From: Macrostomum lignano
Lineage: Eukaryota
Length of the DNA: 64,000 nt
NCBI GenBank assembly: GCA_002269645.1
Contig: NIVC01003414.1
Span: forward strand, 35,110-99,109
Direction: 5' to 3'
Shown: positions 34,435-46,240 of the stretch, one piece after another
How the letters are laid out: each line of letters begins with the position of its first letter
Numbering within the stretch: position 1 is the stretch's first letter
Notes under the pieces: model-generated
The model's database searches: none
Told to the model about the DNA's origin: nothing
What the model saw: the letters and a program-made list of their open reading frames with translations, nothing else
Program-made: the position numbers and the translations under genes

Positions 34435-37084
34435 CCCGACCGGAAATAATTGTTCTTTAAATGCGTCAAATAGCACATAAAAAATGAACTGGGGGGAATC
34501 CCAAAATAACTGTCGAAACGACACGAAATTTGTGAGAATCGACAATTGGTGGCACAGCTTGGCACAAATATAACTGTGCCAAGCTGTGCCAATTGGCACA
34601 TGTGACACAGTTAAGAATCAAATTTTTAATTGTGCACTGCTGTGCCACAACTGTGCCACAACTGTGCCAGTTGTCTCAGCTATTTTTGAGTGCTTATAAT
34701 TGTGCACAACTGTGCCATAAATGTACCATTTGGCACCATACGAGTAAATGTGCAGCTAGAAGCAGTTAAACTAGCGCGTACTGTGCCATTTGGCGTAAAT
34801 TCTCCAGACGAGTGAATTTGCAGTTTAAAGCAGTTGAACTAAGCGCATAATATGCTATCTGATGCTGTTATAGTTGACCCGTTAGTCAACTACGAGTTAT
34901 GAAGTGTATGTATGAAGTAGCTAAGATTTTGCGAGAAGTCCTTCTCATGTTTAAATGAGGGAAGACAAATTGAAAAGAGTTGTCAATGTAAATTAAACTT
35001 TAAAATAATGTTGAGCGCGAACATAAACAGATTAAAACAGTTGGAAAAAGGGATGTTGCATAAATACGTATATATTTAATGGGAAGTAGCAAATAGGACA
35101 AAAAAACATGTATAAAACAGGAAAAAGGGGAGGCTGCGGAATTAAAAAATGCATACTAGAAGTTAACGGAAAGAAACATAACAGACAGCGGACATTGGAC
35201 AGGAAACAAAACAACGTAATTAAAAAGCGCGGTGCATGAAAATTGTGGTGCCAGTCAAAGAGTTTACACTTCTAATACATTTGAAATTAAAACATGCAAT
35301 GTAACAAATTAACTACTGAGTCGACTACACGTGGCACAGGATTTTAATGTAACAACATGTATACATCTAATGTATACACTAATTTAAAAAGCACAAACAA
35401 ACAACTAGATAAAAAACAAGCAATTAGTGAAACCAACTCCAATACCTCTGTTCCCCTATACTTTTCTAGTTAGACAACAAGTCTGATTCCTGGTGCTATT
35501 GTAATTTACGAGTCTGGCACTAACTATAGTAATGTAGTTGGTTACTTTATGTGGGAAAGAGCATATTTCCAGGGGAAAACAAAACCAGAAACATGAGGGA
35601 GACAGACCAAGCTAGACGGGTCCCGCATCTGCCAAACAAGTTTAGTTTTGCTAGATGCAACAGCAGATATCCCGCGCTCAGTCCTCGCGAGTGCATTAGC
35701 CGCCTCCGACTGCACAGTGTCAGTGACATTGGCAGCCGCACCTTGACGAAGTTTCTTTACAGGCAAACGTCCGGATTGCTTTTCACGCCGACTGACGGTG
35801 ATGGAGCATCGGACGTAGGCCTTTTCAATCGCTTTCATTGGTTGGGATGTCGATTCCAGCCAGGTAGCAGGCGTGGCCGACCAGGCTCAGTAGCGCGACC
35901 GCTCAACGACGTTACCAAAATCTCGTCGTCGCTGAAGCACCCCCGCACCATCTTGCGGAGAAGTGCATTGAGGTTGGCCGGAGTCGTTGGTTCTTGATAT
36001 ATCCTTACTGGCCGTGACCCTGGTCCAAGCGACGTTGGACGTAAAGGCGAAACCGATTGGCTGCAGAGGTGTTTTTTAAGGATTGAAGAGCGTTTGAGAG
36101 TAACAATAGGATATTTGCGCGATCATAAATGAAGGACTATTAATTTCTTACTGTAGTATAATTTCTTTCCATTGTCGTCGACCAGCATGTTGTCAACTGT
36201 GACGGCTGGGTCCACGAGCTGATCTAGATGGACGGCGAGATGCTGCGTGATCTGCTGCTTTAGTTCTTTTGTAATGGCGTCAATCAAACGCGGTTGCGCC
36301 ATTTTCGAGCGTCTGAGCAGATCATGCCGCAAGTTGGGAGTGAAAACCTGCCGGTCATCTGCCAAAATCGAAGCTACTGACGTCGCAGCCTCAGTGCAAG
36401 TTGCACCGGGTGTGCGTCGAACAGTTTTGTTAGGTAATTAGCAATAAAAAAGGTTATTTGAGCCAAGTGTGCCAAGAAGGACAAAGACATATAACTGTGC
36501 CAAATGTCATAGCTGTGGCACAACTGGTACAATTGTAGCAAGTGTGCCAAGTGTGCCAGTCTGTTTTAATAACCAATTAGCTATAAAAAGGATATTCGTG
36601 CCAAGTGTGCCAAGAAGGACAGTCCAAGACAGTTATATAACTGTGTCAAATAGTATAGCTGTGGCACAACTGGTACACTTGTAGTAAGTGCGCCAAGTGT
36701 GCCAAATGGTTTCCAAGGGGAATTAGCTATAAAAAGGTTATTTGTGCCAGGTGTGCCAAATAGAACATACAAAGACATTTATAACTGTGCTAAACGGTAT
36801 AGCTGTGGCACAACTGGAACAATTGTAGCAAGTGTGCCAAGTGTGCCAATTGGTTTCATTGGCCAATTAGCAGTAAAAATACTATTTGTGTCAAGTGTGC
36901 CAAATAGGACATACATCGACATTTACAAACTGTGCCAAATGGCATAGCTACGGCACAATTGGTACAATTGTATCAAGTGTGCCAAATATGACATACAAAG
37001 ACATTTATAACTCTGTCAAAGGGCATATTTGTGGCACAACTGGCACACTTACTGTTTTTGAAAGGACAAATATTTTCGGTCGGG
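34435..37084 (-). mobile_element. Non-autonomous CMC/EnSpm-like element, 2650 bp, with TGTGCCA/TGGCACA subterminal repeats
   Basis: About 25-bp TIRs CCCGACCG(G/A)AAATA.TT.GT.CTTT. 2-bp TSD GG (34433-34434; 37085-37086). Dense subterminal repeats at 34548-34790 and 36465-37046. No transposase ORF. The termini CCCGA deviate from CMCWR at one position. Confidence 0.78.
35560..36420 (-). pseudogene. Frameshifted accessory gene with a BEN-like segment
   Basis: Coiled segment RLIDAITKELKQQITQHLAVHLDQL, then from the acceptor at 36060 ...ANLNALLRKMVRGCFSDDEILVTSLSGRATEPGRPRLLP, frameshift, MKAIEKAYVRC... Splice phases do not join cleanly. Confidence 0.6.
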
Positions 37085-38049
37085 GGGACAGACAAGGGAA
37101 GGACAGACAAGGGGGAGACAGACAAGGGAAGGACAGACAAGGGAAGGACAGACAAGGGAGGGAGAGACAAGAGAGGGACAGGCAGGATACCCAGCCAATC
37201 AGCAAGACCGCAGTTTCAGAATACGCGAGAGCGCACCAAAAATAGAAAAATCAAAAACAGATTTGGTACAAGGCTACACAGAGACACGCAGAACAGCGTG
37301 AGCATCAATAAAAACTGAGTCAAAAGTAGAAACTCTCTCAGACGAAGCACACACTCGCTATGGCCAAGAAACTCGCAGTAGTTCGATAGTTTTCTTAATT
37401 TTTTTCTCGTAATTTCTGAAACTCTTTCCAACAAAATCTACAAAATCTCTAATTCGACTGAACAACTCTACTAGAAGTAGTGCAGATAAAATATTACGCT
37501 CGTATTAAATGAGCGGAACAAATTGTGCAAAATAGTGTTAGTTATTAAAAATAGTGGCAAGAGATGAGAATTTGAAAATATTTTTATTCAACAAACAAAC
37601 AAATAGTGAAAATATGAAGCCATTAATAAACAATAAATTGTTCATCTGTGTCCTACAAATGGCACATCGCTAAGAATGCTAATGAAACGAATAAAAAGAA
37701 CGCCAACACAGCCACACAGGTACAAACACGAAATGATTAGCAAGCATTTACAAGGTTACCCACAAGCCAACAGCGACGAACAAAAACAAAGAAAAAACAG
37801 CAACACAGAATTCAAAGCGTGTAAAGGATTGACGTCTATAAAAAATTTGCTGTGCACGCGTTCAGTGTCAAAACTGTATATGACACAACAAAATGTCAGC
37901 AACATCTACATCTGTCATTTCCCGCACTCAAAACACAAATCAATTGCCCACCTGCCGTCTGTCCGACTGTAGACCTGCTGCCTGCCTGTCGTCTGCGTCT
38001 GTCTGTCTGTCTGTCTGTTTGTCTGCTTCTTTCTATCTGTCTGTGCGTG

Positions 38050-38610
38050 TGTGCGTCTGCCTGTCTGTCTACGTGTACATGTACCAGTCTGACTGTCTGT
38101 CTGTCTACGTGTACATGTACCAGTCTGTCTGTCTACGTGTACATGTACCAGTCTGACTGTCTGTCTGTCTACGTGTACATGTACCAGTCTGTCTGTCTAC
38201 GTGTACATGTACCAGTCTGACTGTCTGTCTGTCTACGTGTACATGTACCAGTCTGTCTGTCTACGTGTACATGTACCAGTCTGACTGTCTGTCTGTCTAC
38301 GTGTACATGTACCAGTCTGTCTGTCTACGTGTACATGTACCAGTCTGACTGTCTGTCTGTCTACGTGTACATGTACCAGTCTGACTGTCTGTCTGTCTAC
38401 GTGTACACGTACCAGTCTGTCTGTCTGTCTACGTGTACATGTACCAGTCTGTCTGTCTGTCTACGTGTACATGTACCAGTCTGTCTGTCTGTCTACGTGT
38501 ACATGTACCAGTCTGTCTGTCTGTCTACGTGTACATGTATCTGTCTGCCTGTCTACGTGTACATGTACCAGTCTGTCTGCCTGTCTACGTGTACATGTAC
38601 CTGCCTGGCT
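38050..38610. repeat. 24-32-bp minisatellite (GTCT)nACGTGTACATGTACCA
   Basis: Direct tandem array just 3' of the nuclear receptor stop. Each unit holds the palindrome GTACATGTAC. Confidence 0.93.
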
Positions 38611-38647
38611 GCCTGAAGTCCGGCAACAACAATGTCCCCGCCAAGCG

Positions 38648-41600
38648 TCAGTCAAAGCTGGCGTCATCCGCCGGATACTGCTCCATGAGCCGGTGCTGGT
38701 CAAAGTCCTCCTGAAATTGCTGCTGCTGCTGCTGCTGCTGCTGAGACGGCTGCTGTACAAACCAGGCCGTGGGCCCCTGGCCAGGCGTGGGCGGGCCGGC
38801 CCCCAGCCGCATAGCTTTATAATAGACCCGGCTGCGGAACTGGTCGGGACACGAGTCTGTGCTGGTGGCGTCGTCCTCGGGACTGAGCTGCGGCTGCGGC
38901 TGCGGCACTGGCGGCACCGGCGGCGGGCAGTCGATGCCGAGCCCGGCCGCGATCAGCTCGGAGCAGCGGTTAGGCGTAGGCGGCTCCAGCGATCGCCAGG
39001 ACTCCAGGCCCATCTTGAGGTTAACGCAGAAGCCCTGCCGGAGCAGCAGTTTGCTGACGTACAGGTCGCACGCGTCCGAGTCGTCCGGCTCGCGAATCTT
39101 GGCCGAGCAGACCCGATAGAGCGAGCGCAGTGTTGAGCTGCGCAGCGGCTCCGACCGGCAGATGACCTCCATATCGTCCACGATGCTGTGATCCAGCAGG
39201 GTCATGAGCTTCAGCATGGACAGCTCACTGCGCTCCAACTGCAGCTGGTCAAGCGACTCGAACATGCCGTGGATGGTGCTGAAGAAGTCGGCAGGCAGCT
39301 GGGCGAGGGCAGCGTCGGCAGGGCGGAGGCTCAGGTTGGTGGCGAAGTGAATTCCGCCGTCGAATGGCAGCGACCTGGAGAGGGTGTCCATGAGCAGCAC
39401 GGCGAACCAGTTCTTGGTGAGTAGTGCGATGCGGTCCTGCAGCAGCAGCACGTCAAGGCAGCTCAGCGAGTTGCTCCAGGCCACCACCGACTCCAGGCCG
39501 CGCTCGAACCACTGACTGCAGATTGGTAGGTACGGATGGGGGCGCGCATGCACCTGTAGAATTTCACCTGCGCTCGTCTCCATGACTACGCGACTTAAAT
39601 GGGATTTGTAGTATCGGATTGGAATAACCAGAACTGCCACAGTGTCCGGTTGGGGATCAGTAGATTCAGAACTGGCTGGGATCTGGCAAGTGTCCGGTTG
39701 GGGATCAGTAGATTCAGAACTGGATCTGGGAAGTGTCCGGTTGGGGATCAGTAGATTCAGAACTGGATTTGGGAAGTGTCCGGTTGGGGATCACTAGATT
39801 CGGAATTGGCTGGGATCTGGGAAGTGTCCGGTTGGGGATCAGTAGATTCAGAACTGGATTTGGGAAGTGTCCGTTTGGGGTTGGAGATCAGTAGATTCGG
39901 AACTGGCTAGGATCTGGCAAGTGTCCGTTTGGGATCAGTAGATTCAGATCTGGCTGGGATCTGGGAAGTGTCCGGTTGCGGATCAGTAGATTCAGAACTG
40001 GATTTGGGAAGTGTCCGGTTGGGGATCAGTAGATTCAGAACTGGATTTGGGAAGTGTCCGGTTGGGGATCACTAGATTCGGAATTGGCTGGGATCTGGCA
40101 AGTGTCCGTTTGGGATCAGTAGATTCAGAACTGGATTTGGGAAGTGTCCGGTTGGGGATCACTAGATTCGGAATTGGCTGGGATCTGGCAAGTGTCCGTT
40201 TGGGATCAGTAGATTCAGAACTGGATTTGGGAAGTGTCCGGTTGGGGATCACTAGATTCGGAATTGGCTGGGATCTGGCAAGTGTCCGGTTGGGGATCAG
40301 TAGATTCAGAACTGGGATCTGGGAAGTGTCCGGTTGGGGATCAGTAGATTCAGAACTGGGATCTGGGAAGATTTCAGTCAAGAACCGGCGGATTAAAAGC
40401 AAATTTTAAGCTCACTTCAGCGCAGAATGCATGTCAGCGTGCGACAATGGAGTGGGGTGGATTTGCAGCGGCCTGCTAATCCAGTCGCTGGCCAGGGCCT
40501 CTCGAATGAAGCTCTCCAACGGATCGCCCGATGGCTTCTCGGTGCCCGAGGAGGCCCCTCGCGGCGAAGGAGTCGGCACCGAGACAGCCGGGGACAGCTG
40601 GGCCTGCTGAGGCTGGCGCCGAAGGGGTGGCGAGGACTCTTCGGCCACGACTGCGGGCCCGCCGGCCACGGCAATTCGCTCCACAAGCTGGTCGAACTGC
40701 TCGCGAGAAGTTCGCTTGCACTTTTTGCGACCGCCCCGGGTGCGATCCATGCGGACGTCTGGAAGAGAGAATAACAGATCCCAATGCTACACTGATCCCA
40801 GATCCCAATGCTACACTGCTCCCAGATCCCAATGCTACACTGATCCCAGATCCCAATGCTACACTGCTCCCAGATCCCAATGCTACACTGCTCCCAGATC
40901 CCAATGCTACACCGATCATAGATCCCAAGGCACTGATCCCAAATCCCAATGCTACACTGATCCCAGATCCCAATGCTACACTGCTCCCAGATCCCAATGC
41001 TACACCGATCATAGATCCCAAGGCACTGATCCCAAATCCCAATGCTACACTGATCCCAGATCCCAATGCTACACTGCTCCCAGATCCCAATGCTACACTG
41101 ATCCCAGTTCCCAATGCTACACTGCTCCCAGATCCCAATGCTACACTGATACCAGATCCCAATGCTACACCGATCCCAGATCCCAATGCTACACCGATCC
41201 CAGATCCCAATGCTACACCGATCCCAGATCCCAATGCTACACCGATCCCAGATCCCAATGCTACACCGATCATAGATCCCAAGGCACTGATCCCAAATCC
41301 CAATGCTACACTGATCCCAGATCCCAATGCTACACTGCTCCCAGATCCCAATGCTACACTGCTCCCAGATCCCGGGAGTCCCAGCCGGCTCACCCTGCGG
41401 CAGCATGCCGTTACGCAGGCACTTTTGAAAGCGGCAGTACTGGCAGGACTTGCGCATCGACTTGCTGACGGCGCAGTCAAAGTTCCCAGAGCAGGTGTAC
41501 TCGTGCTTGTCTGCAAAGGGGATTTGTGGCTATTAAGAAGAAAATCCCAGAAAAAGCATTGTAGACTGTAGACGGGGGTCAGGAATGAGATTGCAACTGT

Positions 41601-42880
41601 TGGGACAAAGAAAAGACTTCAATTACCATGCAGAGCAGAAGACCTTAGACTAGAGAAAAGAGAGAGGAGACAGCAGGGATGAGACAAAGGAGACAGCAGG
41701 GACCAGACAGAGGAGACAGCAGGGATGAGACAAAGGAGACAGCAGGGACCAGACAGAGGAGACAGCAGGGACCAGACAGAGGAGACAGCAGGGATCAAAC
41801 AGGAGACAGCAGGGACCAGACAGAGGAGACAGCAGGGATCAAACAGGAGACAGCAGGGATCAGACAGAGGAGACAGCAGGGATCAAACAGGAGACAGCAG
41901 GGATTAGACAGAGGAGACAGCAGGGATCAGACAGAGGAGACAGCAGGGATCAGACAGAAGAGACAGCAGGGATCAGACAGAGGAGACAGCAGGGATCAGA
42001 CAGAAGAGACAGCAGGGATCAGACAGAGGAGACAGCAGGGATCAGACAGAGGAGACAGCAGGGATCAAACAGGAGACAGGAGGGATCAGACAGAAGAGAC
42101 AGCAGGGATCAGACAGAGGAGACAACAGGGATCAGACAGAGACAGCAGGGACCAGACAGAGGAGACAGCAGGGACCAGACAGAGACAACAGGGACCAGAC
42201 AGAGACAGCAGGGACCAGACAGAGGAGACAACAGGGACCAGACAGAGACAGCAGGGACCAGAGACAGCAGGGACCAGACAGAGACAGCAGGGACCAGAGA
42301 CAACAGGGACCAGACATAGGAGACAACAGGGACCAGACAGAGACAGCAGGGACCAGACAGAGACAGCAGGGACCAGAGACAACAGGGACCAGACATAGGA
42401 GACAACAGGGACCAGACAGAGACAGCAGGGACCAGACAGAGACAGCAGGGACCAGACAGAGACAGCAGGGACCAGACAGCGGAGACAGCAAGGATCAGAC
42501 AGAGGAGACAGCAGGGATCAGACAGTCAAACCTTGCACAGTCCGCTTGAAGAAGCTCTTGCAGGCCTCGCACGTGAGCGCCGAGTAGTGAAAGCCGGAGG
42601 CGAAGTCGCCACAGACGGAGCATATCTGGGCTTCCCCGCTGTGCGCCGCCGCAGCCGCGGATTCAGCCGGCGTCATCTTGGATTTTTTCTTTCTCACCGT
42701 TGTCGGCTTGTCGCCGTCGCAGCCGGCGCGCCGACGACGTCGATCTGGATTGGTGTCCACGGCATTGGCGGAGTCGATGACGGCGTCGTCATCTGCGGTC
42801 TCGAGCTTGATCTCGGACTCAGGCAAGGCGAAGATGGCGCCAGCACCGTAGGGCTGCGGCATGCTGGGAACTGAACTCAT
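38648..42880 (-). CDS. Nuclear receptor, estrogen-related receptor-like (NR3B), 584 aa; exons 42880-42532, 41510-41394, 40758-40416, 39593-38648
   Basis: C4 [33 protein letters not shown]|[54 protein letters not shown] (ERR: VRLDRVRGGRQKYKR), LBD signature VVAWSNSL...[12 protein letters not shown]. Intron phases 1, 1, 2 are consistent. The exon-4 acceptor is inferred from phase. Confidence 0.85.
39645..40375. repeat. Intron-3 composite minisatellite, 90-bp dimer of about 43 and 47-bp subunits (GTGTCCGGTTGGGGATCA...)
   Basis: 30-aa periodic pseudo-ORFs. Confidence 0.9.
40775..41372. repeat. Intron-2 minisatellite, 24-bp unit CCCAGATCCCAATGCTACACTG(A/C)T
   Basis: 8-aa periodic pseudo-ORF PDPNATLI. 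Confidence 0.93.
41660..42525. repeat. Intron-1 minisatellite, 20-23-bp unit GAGACAGCAGGGA(C/T)CAGACA(GAG)
   Basis: Direct tandem array reaching within 7 bp of the splice donor. Confidence 0.93.
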
Positions 42881-44485
42881 GTGTGCAAGAGAGATCCTGG
42901 GGTCCGGGATTTACGAGTCGCTAGAGGGGACTTTTTACAAGCTGAAATTGGGATAACATTAAAGTGACTGGCAAAGAGAGGCCTTGGATCGGTTGATAGA
43001 CATGCGAGTCCCGTTTCCAATAAAATGGGTAGAAAAATCAATTCGATATTAAATTACAGCAGTAGTCAATCATTTGTAATTCCTCAATGAGCCTTTTATG
43101 TGTAGGATTTTGTTTTTAGCTTTAATAAATGAAGAAGTGAGAACAGTACCAACTTAATGAGTGAAAATAAAATGGGTTTTAGGCATAATGGCAGCTATTT
43201 GGCTCTAAATGAAGGGATTGGCATAGAGAAATTGGGACCTGATGCTTTAGACTCTTTTCTGGCACCTTAACCTTTTCGCGCTGGAGCTAGAAATACAAAA
43301 GCTCCATTCCTGTCGACATGGTCAGCTGGGCTGACTGATCATAGACCATAGCTAGAATCTTATTGCGCCCCTGTACAAAGCCTTTCTAGCTGAGAAGGGA
43401 GCATTTTGGACTCAGCTTAGACAAATCTAGGGTAGAAAAAAGCAGTTTTAAGTGCAGTTTACTTAATGCTCTCTAAATAGATTATGCAGTGTGTACACTT
43501 GATGTCTAGCTATAAACACTACGGTTCACTTTAAAATCTGCAATCAGGCCTTTTTGAAAGAGAAAGCACTGCACCTACTTAATAAGCACTTCATTTGAGT
43601 AGTGTGTCATTTTATTGAAAAGTAAATCAGCTACAACCATGGTCATTTTTCATACATTGGATTCTGAGACTGATGATATCATCATAGAGAATGCTGAAAC
43701 CGAGTTGCTACATTCCATTGCAGATAAGTAGGACTTATTTCACCCATTTTTTGTAAATGGTCAGCATTGCTGACCATGCTCGGCAGGAATGGCTACTATG
43801 CAGCACTCACAGATCTTGTTTAGATTTTTGCAACTACTCTTTGGTTAGTAGTGTGAATGAACATGGATGCCTCAAACAGCAGTGCCTTATGTCAAAATTC
43901 ATTTTTGGAGTAACCATATATGCGCAACCTTGGGAATCACTCAGCCATTTCTATTGGCAACACACACATAAGTCGCTATTGGCTGAGAGCAGTCACATGA
44001 CTACTATTCTGTCTAATAGCAACTTACATGTGTGTTATCAATAGAAATGGCCAGGTAAATCCCTAGGTTGCGCCCAAGCATGGGAGCAACTAGCAGTTTT
44101 TTTTGCCATATGCACACTGATGCTCACCCAAAGAATAGCACTACGACACCTTAGACACTTTTTGAGCCATAGACTATTAAAAAAATTGCTTAACTCAATG
44201 CAGAGTAAAATATATATTGTTTTATTATCTGTGGCAGCACTTAACTTTCTTTAACCATAGACTCCAAAAAACTACTAGCAGTCAGTAAAGGCTTTGCTGA
44301 CCATCTGGCAGCTTAAAGTTACGTTCACATGAAATCCCCATTTCTCCTTATAGATATCTTAAATTCTAAAGTGGTTGGTTTTAGACAAGGAATTCTAAGT
44401 CTAGATTTAGAATTCCTTGGTTTTAGGCATAACAGGAACTATTTGGCTCCAAATGAAGAGATTGACATAAAGAAATTGGGACCTA

Positions 44486-44748
44486 GAGGCTCTTCATATT
44501 GCTTGTTCTGGTTCTAGAACCAAAACCATTTTGTAAAGTATAACTTTTTGTCTCCTAAACTAAAGGGATATTAGTGCTTTAAAATTGTGATTATTGAATG
44601 GCAAAAGCCAAGAAGAAAGTGAAAAATTGTATAAAGTGAGGCTATTAAGACAGTCAAACATTCAACAAAGTTAAATAGGTATATTGCTTTTTTTCTTGGA
44701 AATCCAAACTGATTCTGGTTCTGGAATTGATTGTAATGAAGAGGCTCC
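44486..44748. mobile_element. About 260-bp MITE-like repeat (TIR GGCTCTTCATATT-like); diverged inverted second copy at about 47035-47295
   Basis: The two segments align in opposite orientation over their length by eye, and both contain the GGTTCTAGAACC palindrome. No clear TSD. Confidence 0.6.
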
Positions 44749-44765
44749 TGATGCTTTGGGCTCCA

Positions 44766-45225
44766 CCATAGTCCGGATCATGGCAGGCGTACACCGGAGT
44801 GAAAATTCGTGTCTTTTCAATTTTACGCCGACGTAAAGTTCAAAAATTTTTTACGCCAAGTCAAAAGTTGTTTATACGCCAACTTTTTAAAGAATTTGTA
44901 TTTTTTAAAACTTAAAAATAATTATTTACTTGAAAACGGCAGATTTTTTCCAAAAACTAATATTCTTTGTTTTAATTTTGTTTTTCTTGTAAATTTCGTT
45001 AATATTTTCTGTTTTGTTAACCGTTTATATTCAGAAGAGCTTTGGTTAATTGATATTTAACTACACAATTGCATCAGCCCTGAACTTTTCTATTTCTTGT
45101 ACGCCGGTTGTTTACACTTCATGTTGAACCTGAATATTCTATACGCCAAATGTACGCCAAGATTGTCAGCGAGTGCAAAATTACGCCGGAAAATTCCGGC
45201 GTAAAGGCCACCTTCTGGACTATGG
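44766..45225. mobile_element. 460-bp MITE with an 8-bp TSD
   Basis: TIR CCATAGTCC(G/A)GA. TSD GGGCTCCA at 44758-44765 and 45226-45233. Internal TACGCC repeats. Confidence 0.8.
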
Positions 45226-45670
45226 GGGCTCCATTTTGACTTTTAAGTTCATATCTGACATCTTAAATTAGAAATTTAGAAGTTTCAAAATCTCACTGGA
45301 GCCCTTAGCTGCTTAGCATAGGCCAATTGCAGTTTTTTAAAAACTAATTTTTATGAAAAATATATAATATAGATATAATTTGTTATTAATATTACCTCAA
45401 ATCAATCAAAAAACATTTTTAAAAGGTTTCTTATCTTTGCCAAAATACTTTTCTTCTTCTTAATTTTGAGCATTCATTTTTTATTCTATGCATGTAAAGT
45501 GAATTGAATAGAATAAGCATTGCATTTGAAAAGAGCAAAGACAGGCCTTTTCAATAGTAAAAAAATTTTACTAAAATTTTGTCTTCCATATTAGCAATTA
45601 GGGCTATCCTTCAGTTTTGTTTGTTTAATTATTTTCAAAGTCGTATATTATTTTTTACCCCTTTTTCAGC

Positions 45671-46091
45671 ATGGCGGGTCACCCATCTGCTTTGACAACG
45701 ATTGTCCCACCAGCTGAGGTCAGGCCAACAACTGACCTATGCAATCTTCCATTCATGAAGATGCATGACCTCGCTATCCTGACTGCTGACATGCAATCTG
45801 TGATGCGCTGGCTGGCAAAGTACTGGCTGCTGCCCAACAAGTGCCAGTGCTACACTGACAACTGCCCTACCTATGACACCCTAAATGCGGGCCATGCGGC
45901 TTCAATGTTATCAAGGTGATTGTTACGTTAATGGCTGGGCCTAGGCCTGCAAGGACTGCCGCACTTAGGAGTCTATCAGGAAGGGCTTGTTCTTTGAGCA
46001 TAGGCCTAGCCACTTGCAGCTAACCCAACTAGTGGACTTCCTGTACTGGTGGGCCCTCAAGACACTGATGAAGGACACCATGCGGCAATGA
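45671..46091 (+). pseudogene. Merlin/ISXO2-like (IS1595 family) transposase N-terminal relic
   Basis: WLAKYWLLPNKCQC...C, then after stops CKDCRT*ESIRKGLFFEH..SHLQLTQLVDFLYWWA, the usual zinc-ribbon/SIRxGSFFE block. The DDE domain is missing. Confidence 0.65.
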
Positions 46092-46240
46092 TAGTCTTAT
46101 TTTGTGCTATGAAAATTGTTGTTGGAGCAGATGGGTGACCTGCCATGCTGAAAAAGGGGTAAAAAATAATATAAGACTGAAAATAATTAAACAAACGAAC
46201 TGAAGGATAGCCAGCATTTCTTTTAGGTCTAGCATTAATA

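Noticed and set aside
33527-34608. 317-aa GGTDK-repeat protein and overlapping antisense ORFs
   Set aside because: A 15-bp minisatellite open in several frames, interrupted by a DNA transposon, with no splice or domain support.
40417-41571. 346-aa ORFs with IGIWDQCS / PDPNATLI repeats
   Set aside because: They are the 24-bp array in intron 2 of the nuclear receptor. The real exons are 41394-41510 and 40416-40758.
29107-42880. Functional cluster of NR2C2AP with a nuclear receptor
   Set aside because: The receptor is ERR-like, not TR2/TR4. The genes are 9 kb apart, and proximity alone is not evidence.
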